A DNA stretch of 64,000 bases from Methanobacteriota archaeon (GTDB lineage: Archaea > Thermoplasmatota > Poseidoniia > Poseidoniales > Thalassarchaeaceae): NCBI GenBank assembly GCA_004195615.1, contig PSPW01000002.1, positions 58,045 through 122,044 of the forward strand. The letters run 5' to 3'. Within the stretch, counting starts at the first letter, position 1, and each line of letters opens with the position of its first letter. Below, one piece after another: positions 1-9,272 of this stretch. The translations under genes were made by a program, and so were the position numbers. The notes below the pieces were generated by a model that ran no database searches, had not been told where the DNA came from, and worked only from the letters and a program-made list of their open reading frames with translations.

Positions 1-362
1 GGCTATCCTGTCTGACTCTAGCTATCGATGCGGATGCAACTACAATTACCACTGTTGAAGGATTGGCCGATGGCCATCATTTGCACCCCATTCAAAAGAC
101 CTTCTCGGAATTCGGAGGGAGTCAATGCGGATTCTGTACTCCGGGTTTCCTAGTCGTAATTTCAGCTCTACTATCTGAAAATCCCAGACCTGATGAAGAA
201 GAGATTAAGGGGGCAATAGAGGGAAATCTTTGTCGTTGTACTGGTTTCCAGCAGATTGTCGATTCGGTGAAGGCGGCCTCTGAAATCCTAGTCTCTGGAA
301 CTGGAATTGAAGACTCGACTGTCCCCAAGAGCGACCCGCATCCAGGATTTGGTGGTAACTAG
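1..362 (+). CDS. Xanthine dehydrogenase/aldehyde oxidoreductase family small [2Fe-2S] subunit, C-terminal part (5' end outside window)
   Basis: Frame runs from the window edge to TAG at 360-362. Translation carries the GFCTPG and CRCTGF cysteine motifs of the second (helical) 2Fe-2S domain of CoxS/XdhA-like subunits. Confidence 0.85.
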   Translation, partial: LSCLTLAIDADATTITTVEGLADGHHLHPIQKTFSEFGGSQCGFCTPGFLVVISALLSENPRPDEEEIKGAIEGNLCRCTGFQQIVDSVKAASEILVSGTGIEDSTVPKSDPHPGFGGN

Positions 363-363
363 A

Positions 364-3171
364 ATGACGGAAAAGGGAGGGAGCGAGGAACAAGCGAAAA
401 ATGATGAAGAGATTATCGGATACCGCCAACAGCCCGGAAAAATCCCCTTTTCTAGACCTGGCTCTGGAGGGAAGAATAGATTCTCTGAGGCGACTGACTC
501 CGAATTGATCCCTAGTTCACAAGGTGGTTCTTTGAAACAACCATGGGGGCCTCATAAGCATGACGAAATAGTGAGTGGGCGAGTAATCGGAAAACCGACT
601 GCACTGGTCGATAGTTCTTGGAAAGTAACTGGTCAAGCCCATTATGGTGATGATGTACGGCTCCCAGGAGAGTTGATTGGGAGAATTGTCCGTTCTCCCC
701 ACCATTACGCGAAGATTCTCTCGGTAGACTGTTCCAAGGCCCTTGAGTTACAAGGGGTAGTTGCGGTTGCAACGGGTGCGGACGCGAAAAACCGATTCGG
801 AGTCCTTCCTGTGACAAAGGATGAGCATGCGATGGCGGTCGAGAAAGTTCGACATGCTGGTGATCTTGTGGCATGCGTGGCTGCAGTTGACGAGTCTACT
901 GCTAGAGAGGCAGAAAGGCTGATTGAGGTTGAGTACGAGATTCTAGACTCGATTCATGACATGCGTAAGGGACTTGAGAATAGTGAGGAGCCGATTCATG
1001 ACCGAGGTAACTATCACATTGGGGAGTCGAACATCCAAAAGAGGGTTTTCCAAGAATTCGGTGACATTTCTGGGATGGCTCAATCTTCAATCGCCAGTCA
1101 CAAGAAAAGTTGGTTATTCGCGGGAGTGAATCATGGATTCACAGAGCCCCATGCAGTGGTTGCTAACTGGGATCCATCGGGCAGACTCACCCTATACACC
1201 CCCCAACAAGTTCCTCACTATCTCCACAGAGCGCTGGCTGACGTATTGGAGATACCAATGCATCAGATCAATGTGCATAGGACATTTGTTGGAGGAGGTT
1301 TTGGTGGAAAATCCGATCCTTTTCCTCATGAAATGTGTGCAGCAATTCTCGCAAGGAAATCCGGAAGGCCCGTGCGAATAACATTCGACAGAGAGGAGGT
1401 TTACTGGGTAAATAGAGGCCGTCACCCATCTAGAATTGAAATGAATCTTCATGCTGACGAACAGGGGAGAATCTGTGGGATTGAGACGGACGCACTAATT
1501 GATGGTGGGGCCTTCGCCTCTTTCGGACATGTTACGACTTACTACAATGGGGTGCTCCACACAGCACCATACGAGATTGGTGCTTTCCACTACACTGGAG
1601 CCAGGGTTTGGACGAATAAACCGGCCAGTGGGGCCATGAGAGGGCATGGTGCGGTAAACTCGAGATGTGCGGTAGAAGTAGGATTGGATGACTTGGCTGA
1701 AGATCTCCATGTAGACCCGATTACGCTTCGCTTAGCAAATCTTCTACCCCCTCACTCAGCGACAATTACGGGATTTAGAGTAACCAGCATTGGAATGAGA
1801 GAGTGTCTAGAGAGAGTGAAGATAGAGAGCGGCTGGGAGAAGAAATTCAGAAATCTACCTTTGGGCAAGGGGATTGGCATTGGTTGTGGATTCTTCATTT
1901 CAGGTAGTGGTTTGCCCATCCACTGGGACCCGAATAAATTCCCCCATGCGACTGTTCACCTGAAGGTGGACATGGATGGAGGAGTAACGGTTCACACCGG
2001 TGCTGCCGACATAGGGCAGGGGTCCGATACCGTTGTTGCCCAATCTGTTGCGGAGGTACTAGGTTTGCCTCTTGACATGATTCGAGTCAAATCCAGAGAT
2101 TCAGATACTTCTCCGGTCGACCTGGGATCATACTCGTCTAGAGTCACGTTCATGAATGCTAATGCTACTATCTCTGCAGCAATTCAGATCAGAGATAAAC
2201 TGCTTGATGCAACGGTGGAAATCACAGGCGCCGACAGAAGTGGTTTGGTGATTGGTGATCGCCGAATTTTCCTGAAAGACGATCCAGCAGTAGGCGTGTC
2301 ATATCTGGAGGCTCTGCACAAGGCGCAAGAAGACAGAGGGGCATTGGTATCATCGGGAGCATACAGAACGCCGCCGATGGGTAAAACTCACAAAGGGGCT
2401 GCAGCGGGCCTAGCGCCTGCATACTCTTTCTCTGCCTATGTTGCAGAAGTAACTGTTGACGTGGAGACTGGTCAGACCAAAGTGGACAAAGTCTGGGCAG
2501 CACATGACTGTGGAAAGGCCCTAAACCCATTAGCAGTAAAGGGGCAAATTATCGGTTCCTGCCATATGGGCATGGGCCAAGTCCTTTCAGAAGAGATGCG
2601 TTATGGCCGAAATGGGAATCTGATGAACCCAGACCTCCTTGATTACAAAATACCGAGCGTCCATGAAATGCCTGAAGTAGTTCCGATTATCGTGGAGTCT
2701 AACGATCCAGAGGGCCCCTTTGGGGCAAAAGAAGCTGGGGAGGGTCCTCTGCTCCCAATTCTTCCGGCTGTTTGCAATGCTGTGTACGATGCAGTTGGAG
2801 TAAGGACCTCGGAGCTTCCCATGACACCTGAGAAGGTTTTCAAGATGATAGAGAAGCGATGCAGGACAGAAGGAGTATCTGATCCAACGGATCTTGAATG
2901 CCCGTCTCTTGAGTACTCAGATCTACAATCAATTCTCGAGAAGAGAGGCGATGAACACAGGCTAAGGGACAAAGAAAGAAGGCTTGACGAAGAAAGGAAG
3001 GACTACTACAATGGAGCTCTGTTCGGACTCGATCCTTCAGTTCCTCCAGATGAAGTTGATCCGAGATGGGAAGTTAGAGTTGCTCCTGATGAAGAATACC
3101 TCACATCCCCTCGCCTTGCAGGAAGTGCTTGGAAACACATTGAGAGAAGACACTTGGAGGGGACAAAATGA
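364..3171 (+). CDS. Molybdopterin-binding large subunit of a xanthine dehydrogenase family hydroxylase/reductase
   Basis: ATG at 364 lies 1 nt after the small-subunit stop (track start 307 is TTG and overlaps). GGGFGGK motif and Ald_Xan_dh_C-like region starting IGKPTALVDSSWKVTG. Long protein with about 65-aa N-terminal and about 130-aa charged C-terminal extensions relative to typical large subunits. Confidence 0.9.
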   Translation: MTEKGGSEEQAKNDEEIIGYRQQPGKIPFSRPGSGGKNRFSEATDSELIPSSQGGSLKQPWGPHKHDEIVSGRVIGKPTALVDSSWKVTGQAHYGDDVRLPGELIGRIVRSPHHYAKILSVDCSKALELQGVVAVATGADAKNRFGVLPVTKDEHAMAVEKVRHAGDLVACVAAVDESTAREAERLIEVEYEILDSIHDMRKGLENSEEPIHDRGNYHIGESNIQKRVFQEFGDISGMAQSSIASHKKSWLFAGVNHGFTEPHAVVANWDPSGRLTLYTPQQVPHYLHRALADVLEIPMHQINVHRTFVGGGFGGKSDPFPHEMCAAILARKSGRPVRITFDREEVYWVNRGRHPSRIEMNLHADEQGRICGIETDALIDGGAFASFGHVTTYYNGVLHTAPYEIGAFHYTGARVWTNKPASGAMRGHGAVNSRCAVEVGLDDLAEDLHVDPITLRLANLLPPHSATITGFRVTSIGMRECLERVKIESGWEKKFRNLPLGKGIGIGCGFFISGSGLPIHWDPNKFPHATVHLKVDMDGGVTVHTGAADIGQGSDTVVAQSVAEVLGLPLDMIRVKSRDSDTSPVDLGSYSSRVTFMNANATISAAIQIRDKLLDATVEITGADRSGLVIGDRRIFLKDDPAVGVSYLEALHKAQEDRGALVSSGAYRTPPMGKTHKGAAAGLAPAYSFSAYVAEVTVDVETGQTKVDKVWAAHDCGKALNPLAVKGQIIGSCHMGMGQVLSEEMRYGRNGNLMNPDLLDYKIPSVHEMPEVVPIIVESNDPEGPFGAKEAGEGPLLPILPAVCNAVYDAVGVRTSELPMTPEKVFKMIEKRCRTEGVSDPTDLECPSLEYSDLQSILEKRGDEHRLRDKERRLDEERKDYYNGALFGLDPSVPPDEVDPRWEVRVAPDEEYLTSPRLAGSAWKHIERRHLEGTK

Positions 3172-4151
3172 AGATGCCACCATTCCGAGTGCTCTCGCCC
3201 AAGAGCCTCGATGAAGCACTTCATATGTCACGAGATCTTTCTGATTCGGGGGAAGCTTTCGACTGGATTGCTGGCGGAACAGACCTCTTGCCGAACTACA
3301 AGTGGCACATCAATGTGAAGAGCCATGTAATTTCGCTCTCATCGATTCCTGAATTACGAAAATTAAGTGGGAACCACATTGGTGCGATGGTTAGCATCAA
3401 TGACTTAGCGGAAGATGCAGTCACGCATCCAGTTCTAGCCAAGGCTGCAAATTCCGTTGCCAGTGTTCTGATTAGGAAATCTGGAACCGTAGGAGGAAAC
3501 ATTTGCCTAGACACCAGATGCTACTGGGTGAACCAATCTGAGACATGGAGGGAGTCCATTGACTGGTGCTACAAGTGTGATTGTGGGACGGGAGCCGATT
3601 GCAGAGTCATACCGAATCAGAACACATTGTGTGTTGCGACGTATCAGGCAGATTTAGCTCCCGTACTGATGTGTCTTGATGCCACGATACATCTTGCTTC
3701 GCCCGCTGGAACTAGATCGTTGCCACTTTGCGAGTTCTTTGAGTTGGATGGAATGACAAGAAATGTACTAGAAAGTGGGGAGTTAGTGACTCACATCACC
3801 ATACCAGAAGATTCTGCAGAATGGAGTGGGGACTACCAGAAGCTGAGGCAGAGAGACTCCTGGGACTTCCCGGAAGCAGGTGTTGCCGTCCTTTGGAAGG
3901 GCATTTCTAGTAGCGGCCCTGAAAGCCTTCGAGTAGCGACAACGGGTCTCGAGTCGATTCCAAGCCTGCATCTGGAGGAGACGAAAGAGGCTCTCTCAAG
4001 ATGGAGGGGCGCAGAGACCATCGAAGATCTTGCCGAATCGATTAGGAAGGCGGTAAAACCAGTGCAGAACACATGGTTCTCCCCATCATATAGAAGAAAG
4101 ATGGTGAAGGTCTTAACGAAGAGGGCGTGCAGGGATTTACTGGTGAGTTGA
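3168..4151 (+). CDS. FAD-binding medium subunit (CoxM/XdhB-like) with cysteine-rich insertion
   Basis: ATGA overlap with the large-subunit stop. N-terminus MKMPPFRVLSPKSLDEAL and GTVGGN motif typical of FAD_binding_5. Seven-cysteine insertion (CLDTRCYW...DWCYKCDCGTGADC...LC) follows GGN. Confidence 0.85.
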   Translation: MKMPPFRVLSPKSLDEALHMSRDLSDSGEAFDWIAGGTDLLPNYKWHINVKSHVISLSSIPELRKLSGNHIGAMVSINDLAEDAVTHPVLAKAANSVASVLIRKSGTVGGNICLDTRCYWVNQSETWRESIDWCYKCDCGTGADCRVIPNQNTLCVATYQADLAPVLMCLDATIHLASPAGTRSLPLCEFFELDGMTRNVLESGELVTHITIPEDSAEWSGDYQKLRQRDSWDFPEAGVAVLWKGISSSGPESLRVATTGLESIPSLHLEETKEALSRWRGAETIEDLAESIRKAVKPVQNTWFSPSYRRKMVKVLTKRACRDLLVS

Positions 4152-5098
4152 TGAGTTCAAGAGTAAGCTCGATGCTGCTCGGAGTGATCCTGGCATTGAC
4201 CCTATTCTCGGCAACTCCCACAACCGCACAAGAGTTGGAATCTTGGGAGTTGGGAATCAACTACCCTGAGGAAGACTCAACTAACCCGTTTTTGCTTTCC
4301 AGTGAAGGCTCGGCCGAGGTAGAGTTCTTTGTTGAAAATTCAGGATTGACCGATATTACTGTCGAGTTTGAATTCAGCATCCCTTTCAGTGGAAATCACG
4401 AAGCGCCTGAAAGTGAGACCATATCGGCAGGCTCCAATGAGTCATTCGATCTCAAGATTAGCGGGATTGACGCACTAACACATGATGCAGAAAAGAAGGA
4501 AAAATTTTCCATTACTGCGACGATAACGGCTAGACAGGGGGTGCCTGACCCGCTATCATCATCTCAGAACAGGGAAGGGGACTTGGAGATACCCTCAATC
4601 TTCGATCTCGCAGTCGACATTACTGAGCCGTTCGGACCCATGAATGCGGGTTCGGACACCATTCTTACTGTCACTGTCACAAACAACGGAAATGCACAGG
4701 ACGGGGTTGGCGAAGTGGATGTCAAGGATGACTGCCCTCTGTTGTCGACCAATGATGGACTAGACTTATTACTCAGCGGAAACATAGAAGCTGGCAAGGA
4801 AAAGGATGCGGATCTAAGAGTTACAGCTTCGGAGAGCCACCCAAAGAGACATTGTGACATCACGGTAACTGTGACCTCAAAGAGGGAAATGGGCGAGGGT
4901 GGAAATGCCATAGCAGAAGATGAGGTGCGAGTATCTGTTGAGCCGCCCCCAACGGAGGACTCAGGATCCGACAGTCAGGAAGGTGAAGGTAGCAGTACTG
5001 GAGATTCGGTGAAGTCCAATCTACCTGCTCCGGGGATTATTGTTGCTTTGTCTGGATTGCTTGGGGCGCTAATCTTCCCCCGGGAAGAAGTCGAGTAG
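4151..5098 (+). CDS. Secreted/surface protein with two CARDB-like (TVTVTNNGNA) domains and a C-terminal TM anchor
   Basis: ATG at 4151 overlaps the TGA of the upstream gene (track start 4127 is GTG). Signal peptide MSSRVSSMLLGVILALTLFSATPTTAQE, acidic Ig-like repeats, C-terminal LPAPGIIVALSGLLGALIFPREEVE. Confidence 0.6.
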   Translation: MSSRVSSMLLGVILALTLFSATPTTAQELESWELGINYPEEDSTNPFLLSSEGSAEVEFFVENSGLTDITVEFEFSIPFSGNHEAPESETISAGSNESFDLKISGIDALTHDAEKKEKFSITATITARQGVPDPLSSSQNREGDLEIPSIFDLAVDITEPFGPMNAGSDTILTVTVTNNGNAQDGVGEVDVKDDCPLLSTNDGLDLLLSGNIEAGKEKDADLRVTASESHPKRHCDITVTVTSKREMGEGGNAIAEDEVRVSVEPPPTEDSGSDSQEGEGSSTGDSVKSNLPAPGIIVALSGLLGALIFPREEVE

Positions 5099-5227
5099 CA
5101 AAATCTGGAAGAACATGCTATAGAAACTAGCAACGCGAACTTCGCTCAGTAAAATATAACCGTGATTCGATTATCCGACAGATGTTGCTTGAGCCAACGA
5201 CTCAACTAGGAAAGGGATTTGGAGACC

Positions 5228-6838
5228 ATGGCAGAAGACATGGATGCTGAAGAGCGTTTCAATAGGAACGTGATGTACGCCCTAGTTATTACGTCAATAA
5301 TGCTCCTTGTCCTTCCCATGTTTTTCGTAGTCGGCAAGTCAACCAATTACTCGGCTTACGATGATAGCGGTTTGGGGCAACTATCCGATATGAGAGAGAG
5401 TTTCGAAGGCGAGTATATCGAGAATAGGGACGACGGTTACTATATTGCGAACACTATGTCGACTCCAATGCTGGTCAATGATTGGAAGGACCCTCATCGG
5501 ACGCTCCTGACGATTATCGCACCTGAGAAACCAATCGATAAGACTGAGGCGGATGAGATATTCCGCTTCGTCACAGAAAAGGGCGGCAAAGTAATAGTTG
5601 CAGCGGACAATACGCAAGCGCACAATTTGGCAATACTATTCGGCGTCAGATACATGGACGCGCCATTGAAGGACGATAAGCAGCATTGGGTTTACACACA
5701 GCAGGGTGTACAAGAAATTGACTGGGGTAACGTTTGGAGCGCTTCCCCGGTAAATCAAGACATAGACGAGATGTCGCCCGGTGCACTAATGCAGGGTTGC
5801 ACCACATTCCAAATCCAGAACCCGGATGGTCTGAATGATTGCAGACTACCAGTAATGTACAGGGGACCTACTGGGATGATGTTTGAGGCTACAGACAAAG
5901 ATCTGGAGGATCCGAATCACAGGAGAGTCATGACTCTTGGTAGAGCCTCACCGTCCGCCTTTATTGACAGGGCTGGCGATGGAGATGCAACAAACCCCGA
6001 GAATCCGGCCACGGGCGATCTGAGGTTGATGATGAGATTCGACTACCCCGGAATCAAAGTCCTAGACAGAATAGCAGATGAGGGCAGGGGCGCATTCTCG
6101 GCTGGGGTGGGGGAATTGGAAGTAACTGGGAGCATTGTTTTCGTTTCTGATGATGAGTCGTTCTCGAATTTGCTTTGGGATTTGGGAATGGCACAGGACC
6201 AAGGCCTGAACCAAGACTGCTCAGCTATCGGCGAATACACTCGAAACAACTGCTGGACGCAGGAAATCCTGAATAACAACGATTGGGGAGGAAATGAGAG
6301 ATTCTTCAAACTCCTAGTTTACGACATGATGGAGTTTGACAATGTTGATCTTAACGCGCCAATCAGGTCTGATCCTGGCAACTTCCAAATTGTTTTTGAC
6401 GAGAGCAGGCATGTGACGGGAATTCTCTCAGAGCCTTTCGTTCAGACGATGGGGACGATTGTCCTCCTAACTTCCAACCAGTTCCTGAAGTGGTTGGTAG
6501 TCCTAAACGTAGCACTACTACTACTTGTGGCGATGATGGTGGTTCCCGAGAAAGAAAACTGGAGGCACGTTTTCGATTTAACCAAATTCAACCAACGTCC
6601 GGAAAAACTGGATCCTGCAACATATAGGGATAGAGTCAGGAGAGCGCTACTAACCAAAGTGAGAATTCACCATGATCTGACTCGGGATGAGATGGCAATG
6701 AGACCACCTCCTGAAGTTCAGGCGATGATTGGGGACCCTCGTCTCGTGGAATTGGCTTATAGCCAAAGCCGAACTTACACACCACAAGAGTTGCGCAAAT
6801 TGATGCAAAACATTCGCCGCTGGGGAAAAAATAACTAA
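5228..6838 (+). CDS. DUF4350-like membrane protein (TM helix at each end, large extracytoplasmic domain)
   Basis: First ATG at 5228 (track start 5219 is TTG). N-terminal TM VMYALVITSIMLLVLPMFFVV and C-terminal TM LVVLNVALLLLVAMMVV. Sits directly upstream of the MoxR/DUF58 genes, as is typical of DUF4350-MoxR-DUF58 modules. Family assignment is by architecture and context only. Confidence 0.5.
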   Translation: MAEDMDAEERFNRNVMYALVITSIMLLVLPMFFVVGKSTNYSAYDDSGLGQLSDMRESFEGEYIENRDDGYYIANTMSTPMLVNDWKDPHRTLLTIIAPEKPIDKTEADEIFRFVTEKGGKVIVAADNTQAHNLAILFGVRYMDAPLKDDKQHWVYTQQGVQEIDWGNVWSASPVNQDIDEMSPGALMQGCTTFQIQNPDGLNDCRLPVMYRGPTGMMFEATDKDLEDPNHRRVMTLGRASPSAFIDRAGDGDATNPENPATGDLRLMMRFDYPGIKVLDRIADEGRGAFSAGVGELEVTGSIVFVSDDESFSNLLWDLGMAQDQGLNQDCSAIGEYTRNNCWTQEILNNNDWGGNERFFKLLVYDMMEFDNVDLNAPIRSDPGNFQIVFDESRHVTGILSEPFVQTMGTIVLLTSNQFLKWLVVLNVALLLLVAMMVVPEKENWRHVFDLTKFNQRPEKLDPATYRDRVRRALLTKVRIHHDLTRDEMAMRPPPEVQAMIGDPRLVELAYSQSRTYTPQELRKLMQNIRRWGKNN

Positions 6839-6855
6839 TAAATGGAGAGAAAAAA

Positions 6856-7920
6856 ATGAGCGAGACAGAATCAGCAAAAGGGATGCAGACGCCTGGTTCG
6901 GGTGTACACGATACGACTTTGGCCAAGAAGGCTCAAGAGGCACGTGGATCAAGTAAGAAAGACGAGATATTGGCAGCCACCGGAGCGATGGGGCAGGCAA
7001 TTAGCACCGAAGTTCAGAAAGTGATCGTTGGAAAGGAGCATGTGATTGACAACGTGATGGTCGACATTCTGTCGAATGGAAACCTTCTGTTCGAGGATTT
7101 CCCCGGCCTAGCGAAGACGCTGATGACCAATACCTTTGCAGATGCACTGGGATGCGACTTCAAGAGAGTGCAATTCACCCCCGACTTACTTCCCGCAGAC
7201 ATTACTGGGACCAACATATATGATGCCAAGAAAGGAGAGTTCACATTCAAGCCGGGACCTATTTTCTGCAATCTACTACTTTCTGATGAGATCAACAGGG
7301 CACCACCAAAGACTCAGGCTGCCCTACTTGAGGCCATGCAGGAGAAGCAAGTTACAATCGGGGTTGTTACTCACAAACTGCCTGCCCCTTTCCTAACGAT
7401 GGCTACTCAGAACCCAGTGGAGCAAGAGGGAACATATCCTCTCCCTGAAGCTCAGCTTGACAGGTTCATGATGAAGATGATGGTTGGTTACCCTGATAGG
7501 GCTGACGAGAATGAAATCCTGCAGAGGAGGATCAACCGGAAGAAAGACGAAGTAGATGTCAACAGCATCACAGACCCAAGCATCGTAGTCAAGATGCAGA
7601 ATTCCTGCGAGGAAGTGTATGTAGACAGATCAGTTAGGGAGTACATGGTCGACATTGTGGCCAGGACTAGAGAAGACCCAAGAGTTCTCGTGGGTTCGTC
7701 CCCTAGAGGTTCTCAGGCCCTTCTGAAGACTGGCAGAGCGGTTGCAGCAATGCGCGGAAGGGACTTCGTTACCCCCGACGATGTGAAGTCGGTTGCAGAG
7801 CTAGCAGTTGCCCACAGACTCATTCTAAAGCCAGAGCACCAGATTAAGGGACTGGAACCCGGTGAGGTCGTCCGAAATATTCTACACGGAAAGAATGCAG
7901 CGAATGTTCCGACCGTCTGA
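6856..7920 (+). CDS. MoxR-family AAA+ ATPase
   Basis: Walker A-like PGLAKT and Walker B/sensor stretch LLSDEINRAPPKTQAALLEAMQE. Conserved MoxR C-terminal region (VSPRGSQALL...AAMRGRDFVTPDDV). Confidence 0.9.
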   Translation: MSETESAKGMQTPGSGVHDTTLAKKAQEARGSSKKDEILAATGAMGQAISTEVQKVIVGKEHVIDNVMVDILSNGNLLFEDFPGLAKTLMTNTFADALGCDFKRVQFTPDLLPADITGTNIYDAKKGEFTFKPGPIFCNLLLSDEINRAPPKTQAALLEAMQEKQVTIGVVTHKLPAPFLTMATQNPVEQEGTYPLPEAQLDRFMMKMMVGYPDRADENEILQRRINRKKDEVDVNSITDPSIVVKMQNSCEEVYVDRSVREYMVDIVARTREDPRVLVGSSPRGSQALLKTGRAVAAMRGRDFVTPDDVKSVAELAVAHRLILKPEHQIKGLEPGEVVRNILHGKNAANVPTV

Positions 7921-7939
7921 GTGATGATGAGGTGGAAAG

Positions 7940-9259
7940 ATGGCCTGGAGCCGAAAATCAGCGATGTTTGCGTCGCTGTCGGTAGCGATGTACCTCCTAG
8001 GCCTGGTTCTACGAAACCAACAACTCGTGACCGTTGCAGTGGTTCTTCTTTCGTTCCTCACGTGGGCGGCCCTGAGAACCGCACATGGTGACGTCGCTTC
8101 CTCCGGAAGAAGAGTAGAAGATGCAGCCATGGACGAGGGTGTGCAACTTCAGAGCATCGTCGCCATGAGGAAGACTTCGTCCGCCAGAGTTTTTGAGGAT
8201 GGAGAGATAGACGTAACCCTGCGAATTCAGAACAAATCCAGCATGGCCAAAATCCTGGAGCTACGTGACAGGGTTCCAGAGGTAATGAGAATCAAGAAGG
8301 GCGCGAACTACGTGTTGATGGAAATCGGGCCTAAGAGGGAGACTGAGATTTCTTACACCATCGAGACCCCTCTCAGAGGCTTCTACACGATAGGCCCGGT
8401 ATGTATCAGAGTCCAAGATGAGCTGGGTCTTTTCCACAATGAAAAAGAAGTTCAGCTCTACGACGACTTCTTGGTTTTCCCGAAGATGGAAGACATCAAG
8501 GATGCGATGATTAAGAGCAGAGTGCCCAAGATCTTCACAGGGGCTGTCAACATCAGGAACCCCGGCGAGGGATCGAACTTCTACAACCTGAGAGAATACA
8601 TGCAAGGGGATCCAATGAGGAAAATTAACTGGCAAGCCACGGCGAGACAGGATGGAAAGATGATGGTGAATGAGTTCGAAAGGGATGCGGTGAGTGACGT
8701 CATCATTCTTGTTGACAGCAGGTCAGTTAGTGAGACGGGACCGGTGAGCAGAAACTCTCTGGTATACAGCACAAGGGCTGCAGCTAGTCTGACTCAGCAC
8801 TTCCTCTCTAGAAGAGATTCAGTTGGCCTAGTTGTCTACGGTGACGAGGTTGTTTCAGTAGACAGGGACACTGGAAAGAAGCAGTTGTACGTCATACTGA
8901 CGAAGTTGGCCGGAGCTATGGCAAAAGGAAACACCCCACTTAAGATTGTGACTACCAGAATAATGCCTCACATCCACAGAGGAAGCCCGATCATCATACT
9001 ATCTCCTCTTGAGGACGACCCAACGATTGTCGATGCGGTTAGGGACCTCAGGGCTAGGAATTTCGAGGTTACTATACTGTCTCCAAGTAGCCTAGAGTTC
9101 GAATTCGACGCTAGGAGAATAGACAGGACCGGTTATGAGGTCCTAAAAACCGAGAGAGATATTTTGATGACCGAACTCAGGGGATTGGGTGCTTACGTGA
9201 TGGATTGGGAGCCGGACATGTTGCTATTCACGGCCTTGACCGGGGCAAGGGGATTCTGA
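7940..9259 (+). CDS. DUF58 domain protein (MoxR partner, vWA-like)
   Basis: N-terminal TM helices and DUF58 signature region (REYMQGDPMRKINWQATARQD). Confidence 0.85.
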   Translation: MAWSRKSAMFASLSVAMYLLGLVLRNQQLVTVAVVLLSFLTWAALRTAHGDVASSGRRVEDAAMDEGVQLQSIVAMRKTSSARVFEDGEIDVTLRIQNKSSMAKILELRDRVPEVMRIKKGANYVLMEIGPKRETEISYTIETPLRGFYTIGPVCIRVQDELGLFHNEKEVQLYDDFLVFPKMEDIKDAMIKSRVPKIFTGAVNIRNPGEGSNFYNLREYMQGDPMRKINWQATARQDGKMMVNEFERDAVSDVIILVDSRSVSETGPVSRNSLVYSTRAAASLTQHFLSRRDSVGLVVYGDEVVSVDRDTGKKQLYVILTKLAGAMAKGNTPLKIVTTRIMPHIHRGSPIIILSPLEDDPTIVDAVRDLRARNFEVTILSPSSLEFEFDARRIDRTGYEVLKTERDILMTELRGLGAYVMDWEPDMLLFTALTGARGF

Positions 9260-9272
9260 GGTGGTGGATGAG

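Noticed and set aside
512-874. Antisense 120-aa ORF (and many similar: 902..1090, 1192..1452, 2222..2530, 2643..2972) inside the molybdoenzyme large-subunit gene
   Set aside because: Fully embedded in a strongly supported CDS on the opposite strand. Low-complexity translations, typical shadow ORFs in GC-balanced coding DNA.
6856-6900. Apparent Walker A deviation in MoxR (DFPGLAKT instead of GxxxxGKT)
   Set aside because: From memory, AKT in place of GKT and acidic residues before the motif are common in MoxR-family ATPases. Not treated as evidence of inactivation without an alignment.
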